This document shows positions 53,994 to 64,000 of a DNA stretch of 64,000 nucleotides, in pieces. Position 1 is the first letter of the stretch; every line of letters begins with the position of its first letter. Source of the stretch: Eledone cirrhosa (taxonomy: Eukaryota); contig OZ024743.1 of NCBI GenBank assembly GCA_964016885.1, positions 124,806,001-124,870,000 of the forward strand. The letters run 5' to 3'. The notes beneath the pieces are model-generated. The model was not told the DNA's origin. It ran no database searches and saw only the letters and a program-made list of their open reading frames with translations. A program made the translations under genes and the position numbers.

Positions 53994-56233
53994 TCAAAGG
54001 TGTTGTTGCAGTGTTTCTTTGCAGACAACGTTCCTGGTATTACCCGGATTACCACAAATGTAGAGATTGTGTGGACTGCTGACGCGTGAGCACCCGACAT
54101 ATAGTTGACCGTGGGTAAATACCTGCTGTGTCAGGTTTAGGCCAACTACTTGCAGCGACTGTCCCTGTGCCTTGTTGATACTCATTGCAAAGCAGAGTTT
54201 TACAGGAAACTGCCGTCTCGTAAAATCAAATGGGATGTCAGAGGGACTAAGGCTTATGGGGGATAATAACTTTGTCCCGCCAGCGGACGGTCCGCTCAAA
54301 ATTTTTGTCGTAAGAATTCATGTCCCAATTTTTTTGATGATCAGACGCGTCCCGTTGCATAGTTCTGGTGGTTCCACGTTTCTTAGCAGCATAACTGGAA
54401 CACCAACCTTAAGTCTAAGGTCATGAAGTGGAAGTCAGTCCGGGAGGTTGTTGACTGTTGAGGAATTCAATCAGATAGTTGACGGCGTCGTCCGCGTTTT
54501 TGTTGGTGTCAATTGACTTGAAGGAGACTTTACCTCCTGGAATCTGATCAAGCAGGTGTTGATTCATTGCGTCAACGATGGCATTATGTGGTGCTAAAAT
54601 AGCTCTCCTTTGCAGCCAGTTGTGATCAAGGAATCGTGCTTCGAGGTCTGGGAAAACAGATGACATTAATTCCTCTATGCTTCATACAAAGTTTCCAAAC
54701 GGCAGACGGATGTGCTGTTCATCGATTCCAGGTGTAGTTCCATTACCAACTTCCAGTAGCTGTTTTGAGAAATCCTCAGATTCTGCGTCGCCATGCACAT
54801 GCACTCCATGTTAGTAGTCAGGTTTAGTTTCTGGACATACTGCCATAGGTAGGAAGACTTGATGCATGCGTTAACTTTGTCAGCTCTAGTGCCTCTAGTG
54901 ATTACAGGAAGAGTCTGCCAAAAATCGCCAGCCATCAGTACTGTCCCTCCACCCATTACGTGTGAATTTCGACGCTAGTCCTTGAGAGTTCGGTCTAGAG
55001 CCTCAAACGCTGCCTTGTGACTCATTGTAGCCTCGTTCCAAATGATTAAACAGCACTCAGAAAGAAGGTATCCTTTAGAGTCTACACGATTTATTCTGCA
55101 GGTAGGATTCTCCTTCTTTGCAAGGTCCATAGGCAATTGGAATGCGAAGTGTGCCATACGACCGCCATGTAACAGTGTCGCCGCAATACCACTTGAGGCG
55201 ACCGCTAGAGCAATCTGCCTGTCTTTCCGCAGCTTCGCAAGCAGTAGGTTTATGAGAAAGGTTTTTCCTGTTCCACCTGGAGCATCCAAGAAGAATAGCC
55301 GTCCCTCATTTGAAATGACACTGGCAAGAATTCTGTCATACGCCCGTCTCTGCTCAGGCAAAAGTCTGAGTTCATCTTGAGCAATCTTATCTGTCAATTC
55401 CTCGATGTTGTAATTCAACTCAAGCATGAACTCCACATCTAAAGCACCGTCTTTATGTACAGGTTGTGGCAAACCGAATTCTAATACACCGCCAACTGCA
55501 ACAGATCTTAGACGTTTATCCATGTCAATGAGGGCCTCATTGTATACATGGGCATTGTAATGAAAGTCAGCCGCTGGTGCCCTTGCTCGTACTCTACGCA
55601 GAATGTCCTCTGACATGCTGTCCTTGTGCGTTTCCCATAGCTTAAGTGGTTCACCAACATTGCAGAACAGTAACATATTGCAAAACAAACGACGCATTTC
55701 TCGTGGTATTTTACATTCAGCAGCTTCTGTCAATGCCATGTTCAGGTGGTCATCGTCCTCGAGTAGCCCGCGCTTCACGCAAGCCTCCCTGTAAGTGGAA
55801 CAAATGTAGCCGTCTGAAAGTCTGAGGTCTGCAAATGACTTGGGTCCTTTGATTCGATGGAGCAGCATTGCTTCGGATGAACGTTGTACACACGTCCGAT
55901 GGCATTACTTTTGAATACACCTGCCCAATTCTCAACTGCCTCCCCCTGTTGCCGCCGATGCCAATTTTTGTTCGACCAAGTGAAGTAGGTTGGTACCTCG
56001 ACGTAAAAGAGGGTAAGTGCAAACTCATCGACAGAGCAAAGCTTAAAAAATGCTGCAAGAGTCGTCTCTGGTGGCTGTTGTGCAGCAAGTGTGGCGTTTT
56101 CCTCCGTGAAATAAACACGCTGTCCATTCTGTAAGTGAACATCCAAGTTAACAACTGTAGGAGACAACTTGTGAATCTCAAGTCCAAAAATACGCCAAGC
56201 CGCCATATTGGACGAAATGTACCTTCCTATCAC
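53994..56233 (-). pseudogene. Helitron RepHel remnant: post-Rep region + Pif1 (SF1B) helicase, disrupted
   Basis: GRYISSNMAAWRIFG..VHLQNGQRVYF; FFLDAPGGTGKT (Walker A); ASSGIAATLL; IIWNEATM; AGDFWQTLPV; AILAPHN; QFPVKLCFAMSINKAQGQSL; HGQLYVGCSRV; split by stops and frameshifts; HUH motif not seen. Confidence 0.93.
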
Positions 56234-56599
56234 GTATATGAAGGTTTGTATGATAGTTTACACTTTGATTGCCCTGGTCAGTACCGTTTTATGAAATTGA
56301 TTCTGCAGTAGAATTTTATTAAATGGCAAACCGAAAAGGTCACTCTTTTCTAACAAAAGAAATAAAACCCTTACATTGTGAACCCCCTGGGTTAGTTATT
56401 TCCCCTTTTTCGGTTTGGCATTTCGTAAAATTCTACTGCAGAATCAATTTCATAAAACGGTACTGTATGATCATTATAGAAGTATTTAAATTTAATATAG
56501 AACAACTGTAATTGAAAAATGAAAATGAAACGTACTGTAGAAGGCAACAGTTTATTAACAGCGAAATAACGTTGTCTTTGATATGTTATTTTAAATAAG

Positions 56600-56825
56600 A
56601 CAATGAATATTAAAAAAAAAACTGAATTAATTAACTCGGCAACTAAAGGGTTTATAGATCCCATTCATTAAGTTTACAATGAATATAAAAAAAAACTGAA
56701 TTAATTAACTCGGCAACCAAACGGGTTATAGATCCCATTCATTAAGTTTACAATGAATATAAAAAAAAACTGAATGAATTAACTCGGCAACCCAAAGACT
56801 TATAGATCCCATTCATTAAGTTTAC
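56600..56825. repeat. ~75-bp tandem repeat x3 inside Helitron 1
   Basis: ACAATGAATAT(A)nCTGAATTAATTAACTCGGCAAC...TATAGATCCCATTCATTAAGTTT. Confidence 0.9.
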
Positions 56826-57419
56826 ATGCATGTATTCTTTAAACTTTTCATTTGACTTTGAAAAATACTATTTACTGTTAGTGGTGGTTAACATGTATTA
56901 GATTTAAAATAAAAATGATATCGGAAAAAACGTACCCGAGAAAATGCCTCCCTTCTTCGCAATTTAAGGGTTTTATTTCTTTTGATGGAAAACAGTGACC
57001 GTTTTCGGTTTGGCATTTCGTAAAATGGTACTGCCGAATCGATTTCATAAAACGGTACTGTATGTTAACAGCGAAAGAATGTTGTGTTTGATATGTTATG
57101 AAAAAATTTATGAGTTTAAAAATTTGTATGAAATTGTAAATAAGACAATGAATATTGAAAGCGACTACGGAAAATAACTCATCCAAGTATTAGAACAGGG
57201 GGAAATAACTCACCAAAAGCAATAGTAAATAGACCGTTTTGGGGCCCTAGGGACCACATTTTTCAAGTTAGAGATTTGAAACCTCGTCTATTTGCTTCCT
57301 TGGCACTTTTTACATAGGTGTGTACATTTTCATGTGCGTCCGACCACATCTACTACCATTTAACCGTGCACAACTGAATTTCAACCACCACCCATTTCAC
57401 AAATATATATTAGATTATA

Positions 57420-58630
57420 CTAGCTGGCCCATCCGGCTGGTACCCAGCTAGGTATACCGGCATTTTATCTTTTCAGGATTCCCCCCTCCACTCCAGTGCA
57501 ACGATACCGCATGCCCACTCAAGTCAGCGAGGAGAAGGGGGGGAGGTTAACGTCCTCTGATGTTGGGTTTGAATAGTTTTTAGGATTCCCCAGTTCAGCA
57601 GCCAGTACGTTAAAGAAAATTGATAGTTACAACAATAAAGGCTGAACAGAGAACACATTTTTTAACAAACTTTACAATAATTTGTGCAACCATAATGAAA
57701 ATTCCAAGTAACAGAAAATACATAAATTACATTCTTAGAGCCTCAGAATATACAATATTTTTTGTTCGGCCCTCGGGAGCAAAGATGAAGAGATTGTTTG
57801 GCGAGCTCACCCTAGAGCATCCTACATACAATTGACCATGGGAGCAGCATGGTTTTCCCAGATGAAGGCCAGCCACTTTTAGGGTTTGACTCTGAGCTTT
57901 GTTAATGGTAATCGCGAAGCTTAGTCTCTCTGTTGCTCTAGTAACATTTTTTTCTTCTGGAAAATCTGATCTTGCGGCCAGGCTGGGACTTTTTGGGTGA
58001 CATATCGGCAGTAACAATGACAATAAGCCATCTGAGCTTTCGTGAAATAAATACGTTTGTTTATATTTTGTTTTTGTGTATGCAAAAATATCTGTACACG
58101 AATATATAATTATATATATATTAAAATAACAGATTAAAGTTTAAGCAAAGAATCGCTGCTTTCACCCTTAACGGGATCTTCTGAAACTAAAAAACTCAAT
58201 CTGTGAACGCAGAAGTAAATCTTTCGAAAAACATTGCAACCGAAGGAAAACAGGAAGACGATACTTTCGTTCGTGAAGACAAACAGATATTATAAGCATG
58301 CGACGTTATAGCTATGTATTTAATGGAGACAGCCAGACATACAGAGACATATTATAAGGGCGCGACGTTATAGCTATGTATCTATCTAAAAAGACAGACT
58401 AAGAAAGAGAGGGGAATGTCGTATAACCAGAAGTGTTGACATTTGAAAATTTTAAAGAAGTGAATATTTAAATAAACGATAAAATATCTTTAATTTTTTA
58501 ACGAAATTTAGAAGACAAAAATACCCTCACTTTCTTACTTGGAAAAAGTTACATCTATGGTGCAAATTTGGTCCAGCCGTTTGGCGAAAAGTTTGTTACA
58601 TACATACGGCCGTCAGCTTTATCATATAGA
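57420..58630 (-). mobile_element. Helitron 2 (non-autonomous) with Pif1 C-terminal remnant
   Basis: A|TCTATATGATAAAGCTG..GTATGTATG.. 5' end; GCTGG-GTA-CCAGC hairpin then CTAG|T; peptide LSFAITINKAQSQTL..HGQLYVGCSRV..TKNIVYSEAL (57727-57925). Confidence 0.88.
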
Positions 58631-59554
58631 TTATATTTTTTAAAATATCAACATTTATAACAACATATTTTTAAGTAGGTAATTCACAAAGAGGTTCAAA
58701 TATTAAAGTGGAAATTTAATAATAAGGTCAACTACTGCAGTAATCTGACATAGTTTTGTCATTATATTGCACAACAGTTTACAATTTAAAAAAAACACAG
58801 TTGAACAACTGGCCCCATTACAACAGCAACATGTTAATAAAAGAGATTATCATGTATAGAATAAGCAATTATTGATTACTAAAATAACAAATGACATCTA
58901 TTTATCTATTGTGCTTAAAACCTCAAAACAAACCAACAAAAAAATACAGTGAAAATTATTTAGTTAAAGATTAAAATCATTTATTGCATTAGATGCAAAC
59001 TGAAATAAAAGAATTTAAGAAACAAAAAGACAAAAAGATACATAACCAATATTTAATCTATTTCTTAGATGAAAATGTAACTACATAAGTAACATAAATA
59101 ATACATTCAATGTAGGTGATGAATTGGATGACTGTATGACCCAAATCAAAATAATACTACATAAGTAATACATACAATGTAGATAGTGAATTGGCAGAGT
59201 CATTAGAATGTAGAATAGAACGCTTTGTGGTATTTGTTCTGACTTTCTCTAGGCATTCTGAAGTCAAATCCGACCAAGGTCAACTCTACTTTTCACCTTT
59301 TAAGGTTGATAAAAAAAGTACCAGTCCAATACTGTGATCGATTCTTCTTCTATATCTCTTTCTTATTCTATCATTCTCTTTCATGTTCTCTGGAAGAAAT
59401 CAGCGGTGTTTAGACCTGGAGAGGGATGGACTCCACTAGGCTTAAAATATGTTACTACAACATCCCTACCATTCCATCAGGTGTTACAGGTCCATAGATA
59501 CAATACATATGACAATGAATTAAAAAAAACAATATGGATATGTATTACAATAAA

Positions 59555-59735
59555 TATTGTTTCTATTTTAGGCACAAGGCCACCAATTACCCAGTGCATT
59601 ACTGGTACTTTATTTTATCGACCCCGTAAGGATGAAAGGCAAAGTCAACCTCGGCGGGATTTGAACTCAGATCGTAAAGGGACATAACTATGCCGGAAAG
59701 CATGGCGTCCGACCCTCTACCTGCCAATCCACCGC
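59555..59735 (-). mobile_element. tRNA-derived Meta-like SINE
   Basis: Family match; older copies nearby at 59190-59335, 59885-60050, 60115-60270. Confidence 0.85.
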
Positions 59736-60396
59736 CAATATCAGAAGGCAAGAGTTATTTTTCCTAGATGAGGCAGATTAACTTCATTTCTACTAATAAA
59801 AGCTCTTGAAAAAAGTCCCTTATTCTGCAATTTTGTGACTATGTACTAAGCATGAAATCAATATTATGTTATGTATAAAGGGTGATAGATTGGCAGAATT
59901 GCCACTGCAATATTTATTCTTTTTTACATTCTGAGTTCAAATCCTGCCATGGTCAACAATGCTATAGGGTCAATCCTTCTAGGGTCAATAAAATAAAGCA
60001 CCAGTCAAGTACATGAGTTGATTTAATCAGCTTTGCCCTTCCCCCAAATTTGGTTCAAGATTTTCAGCCATAATCTCTTACTTGAAGAAGCATGAAAGAC
60101 ATCAGTATCAGTGAATTAAATCAACCCCCAGTACTTGACTGATGCTTTATTTTACTCTATAAGGATGAAAGCAAAGTTGACCTCAGCAGGATTTGAACTG
60201 AGGAAGTAAAAGGTCGGAGCACATACTGCAATACATTGTGTCCGACACTTTGCTGATTCTGCCAATTCAACACATGAAGATGTAAAATTAAAATTTTACC
60301 ACAATAATTGGACAAGTGTGTACAATTGTGAAACCTCTAGCTCCAACAAGCCATTTAACGATTTCTATATTTGTAAAAGCATTTGATCCCTTATAA

Positions 60397-60739
60397 CAGC
60401 AGTCGCCAACCTTTTGGACCTCAACGACCACTAAATTCATAATTTTAAATCCCACGGACCACTAATATGAATTTTTTAAAAAAGATAAATACATTTGTAA
60501 AATAATGATCAGAGAACTTCCAATTTATTAATATGAAATGCACCTATTAGGTATAACAAAATTATAAATGCCTACATAATCATACAAACTCTTTAAAGCT
60601 TGTTTAATTGTAACAAAATTATTCTAACTGAATGTTATTTTTGTTTTATTATTAATAAAACATAAAAATTACAAATAATGTCCAAATTTTTCTGTGGACC
60701 ACCAACATTTTTTCGTGGGCCACCGGTTGGCGACCATTG
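60397..60739. mobile_element. hAT (Charlie-type) MITE
   Basis: TIRs CAGCAGTCGCCAACC / GGTTGGCGACCATTG; 8-bp flanks CCTTATAA / CATTATAA. Confidence 0.88.
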
Positions 60740-61389
60740 CATTATAACAATGAAAATTGTATACGTAAAATTTAAATGAAAATAAAAACATGCATAAAAT
60801 GGGCCATTATCAATGGGTTTGATAGATCAGTAGAACTACACATTTTCAGTTGACTATCTTGCATTAAAACCAAAACAGTCTCGTATTTTTGGAAACAACA
60901 ACATCTTAAGATTTATATTACTTCAGTCATAATCTTCCTCAACATAATCTTGAATGATAGTAATATATGACATAAATTACTGACATGTTATGTTCATTTA
61001 TTGATGCTATGATATACTACTACTACAGCTACTACAGCCGTCACTCAGAATTGAGAATGACATGGTAGCATATACCAATGGTTTTAGGCCCCAATGTAAA
61101 TGCAAGCAAACACACACACCGACTTGACCCCCTTTCCCTTGACCCATGGAAATATCCAGGATTTGACAGCTAGAGTGAAGAGTGAGGGCTGCATCAGCAC
61201 TAGACAGGTACTTCTTTTGTTGGGCCACAAAAGGATGAAAAACAATGTTGGCCTCAGAACAATTTGAATACAGTGTCGTGTGATGAAACTAATATTGCAA
61301 TACAATATCTGATCACCTAATAACTGTCAAATCAACCACCAAGAAATACCACAGAATATATCTAAACATTTGAACCAGCTGATGAAATC

Positions 61390-62090
61390 ATAATAATAAT
61401 AAGGGTTTCTACTTTAGGCACAAGGCCAGCAAGTTTTGGGAAGGGGAAAGTTAATTAAAATGACCCCCAGTGCTTACTGGTACTTTATCGACCCTGTAAG
61501 GATGAAAGACAAAGCTAACCACAGCAGGATTTGAAATCAGAATGTAAAGGGCTGTAATTCTAATTATAATAATAATTGTTTTTACTTTTGGCACAAGGCC
61601 AGCAATTACCCAGTACATTACTGGTGCTTTATTTTATCGACCCCGTAAGGATGAAAGGCAAAGTTAACCTCAGCAGGATTTAAAACTCAGACCGAGGTTA
61701 ACTTATATAGGCACAAGGCCAGCAATTTTGGGGGAGGGGAATTTGATTAAGTCAACCCCAGTGCGTGACTGGTACTTTATTTTATCGACACCGTAAGGAA
61801 GAGAGTCAAAGCAGTGGGATTTGAACTCAGAACGTAAAGGGGCAAAACTCTGTACCGCAAAGCATGGTGTCTGACACTCTACCAATACAGCCAATCCACC
61901 ACCCTAATAATAATAATTGTTTTTACTTTAGGCACAAGGCCAGCAATTACCCAGTACATTATTTTATCGACCCCGTAAGGATGAAAGGCAAAGTTAACCT
62001 CGGCGGGATTTGAACTCAGACTGTAAAGGGTCGTAACTATGCTGGAAAGCATGGCGTCCAACCCTCTACCGATACTGCCAATTCACCAAT
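61390..62090 (-). mobile_element. Cluster of ~4 head-to-tail Meta-like SINEs
   Basis: GGCACAAGGCCAGCAA...CGACCCCGTAAGGATGAAAGGCAAAG repeated four times in the same orientation. Confidence 0.88.
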
Positions 62091-62099
62091 AATGATAAT

Positions 62100-62621
62100 A
62101 AACACTCAAACTTTTCAAAATTCAACTTTTTGATCCCCTAGATTAATCCCTTAGGTGAAAAACTGGGTATTTTCAGCTTTTTAGTGGTTTTTTGAGGCGT
62201 TACGTCAGACCGATTTCCTTGAAATTGTAACTATGTATTAGTCAGTCTCTTCTTCATACCGTGAGCAAAGAAAATCCAACTTTTTATGGCCTAGGACCTG
62301 CATTAGGTGAAAAACTTCATTTTTTTTCAGCTTTTTAGGTCTCTTTTTAGGCGTTACGTCTAGCTGATTTTCTCAAAATTTCAAGGCATATTATGCACAT
62401 AAAAAAAATTCATTTTCTTGATCCCCTAGGGCCCGCATTAGGTGAAAACCTGCATTTTTCCTGCTTCATCGAGGAAAATCTTAAAGATTATCTAGCCATT
62501 AGAGAATTTGGTTTATTTTCTTTACATATTGTCCAGGCATGCAGTTTTTCCACGATTAGGTCTGTTGGCGGCCTGCGTTCCAAAACACCTTATCCCGTGC
62601 AACGCCGGGTACCACTGCTAG
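62100..62621 (+). mobile_element. Helitron 3' portion (non-autonomous)
   Basis: CCCG-TGCAACGC-CGGG hairpin then CTAG|T at 62618-62621; internal repeats TTAGGTGAAAA; 5' end not located. Confidence 0.7.
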
Positions 62622-64000
62622 TATTTTATATTCCTGAGAATTTCAAAACCACACCATCTAAACATAATGTGTTGATCAGTTGCCACTTATATCCAGGGTT
62701 TAGATTTTTACACATTTCTCAGACATAAAATGGGGAGGGGAAGGAAGTTTATATTCGGATCAGCTTATATTCAAGCATATATGGTAGTTTACAAAAGCGG
62801 TACTATTTCAAATCTATGAGTTTATCATAGCATAATATATAGCAATCAAATGATTTCTATTGACTTGATATAACAAATGCTAAAGTACAAGTGCTGTAAT
62901 AATTTAAACCAACCTTGGCATATTGTCTCTACTTATTTTAGCAACTAAAGGCACATCATTAGATTAACATTCCAGCAGTAAATATCTATTCTTATTTTTC
63001 TGTTGTTTTTTTTTAAAGATGTTAAGGTGTGTTTTAAAAGGAAGGTTTTGATGATAATTGCAGCAGGTTAAGCAGTAACATGGAGGGCCCCCTCATGTCT
63101 GCTCAATTAGGACTCACCTGGAGTTAAATAACAACCTAGGTCACATGAAAGGGAAAGCTGACTTCAAAAGCATTCTAACGTAGAAACAAATTCACCAAAC
63201 ACGAAGAAATGACATATCCAGAGCAATTCTTTATTGCTTCTAACAAACTTATTTAACACCAATATAATGTCATATACAGAACGTAATATAAGCTGAGGCT
63301 ATTGTATGTTCATACCATATTTATAACACTATAAAGACAAGGAGGTTAACAATAATACATAAAATAAAAACAACAACTGAGTCAATTACTGAGATTCCTG
63401 AAATTCATAGAACTAAATGTGAAAATGATGAAGTATGTTTTATATACGTAATAATATGACATTTAGATCAACATGTATGATCATGTATGTAGGCATGACT
63501 ATTGGTGGCGACATCATTGTTAACATCATCACAATCATCATTTTTATGTCTGCCTTTTCAATGCCAGCATGGATTAGACAAGACCTTTTGAGGCAGTATT
63601 CTATGACCAGGTACCCTTCCTGATGCCAACCTTTACACTTTTTCTTTAAGTATGTTACTTATCCCACTGCTCTTCACATATCAAACTGCTGAGTTGTGAA
63701 ACATAGTTTATACAGGATATAAACAAATGGCACCAGTTGTTTTAAGCAGTGTCATGTCATCATCCTCATTGTTTTTATGTCTGATTTTCCACGCTTCCAT
63801 GTGTCTCAATATACAAATATAAATGAAGAAACACACACACACAACCATATACACTCATATATGTGGAGGTTAACAGTGCCTGAATTTCCTATGTAGTTCA
63901 TAAAGTAATAGTCAAGTACCTTGATCAATTTAATTGACTACCCTCCCTCCAATAGCTGGTCTTAAGCCTAAATTAAAATAGGGAAGAATCGTTAAGGCAT

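Larger units (their letters stand above)
53786..57414 (-). mobile_element. Helitron 1 (internally deleted)
   Basis: Minus strand A|TCTAATATATATTTG ... CCCGG-GTGCAA-CCGGG hairpin ... CTAG|T, no TSD; RepHel remnants inside. Confidence 0.92.

Noticed and set aside
62660-62786. Possible pogo/Tc2-like terminal repeat (CTTATATTCAAGCATATATGGTA)
   Set aside because: Only one end seen; no partner TIR found.

Overview
Eukaryotic, AT-rich, repeat-dominated animal DNA. The SINE families, RTE/Dong/Penelope content and huge (TA)/(TACA) tracts suggest an octopus-like cephalopod (inference). Nearly all YI/CV-rich ORFs in the supplied track are translated microsatellites. The first ~17.4 kb is a TA-microsatellite matrix packed with retroelement insertions: a CR1-type fragment, a Penelope-like GIY-YIG 3' end, an uninterrupted but 5'-truncated RTE LINE ORF (APE + RT + internal PHD-type finger), a second RTE family, two of three copies of a ~600-bp non-autonomous RTE derivative, and fold-back mini-elements. 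It also holds several type I hammerhead ribozymes: two complete by eye (10319-10400, 15663-15743), plus minimal or degenerate ones. A probable first coding exon of an unidentified minus-strand host gene lies at 18449-18569 in a CpG-richer patch. The remaining ~45 kb is non-coding, with two tRNA-derived SINE families, old RTE and Dong/R4 relics, piggyBac-, hAT- and Tc1-type MITEs, a 48-bp minisatellite, and two adjacent Helitrons carrying Pif1 helicase remnants. Best candidate for an under-described system: short non-coding, hammerhead-bearing or fold-back Penelope-type elements that colonise TA microsatellites. Also notable are the PHD-containing RTE and its structured-5'-end derivative. All calls are by eye; no searches were run.
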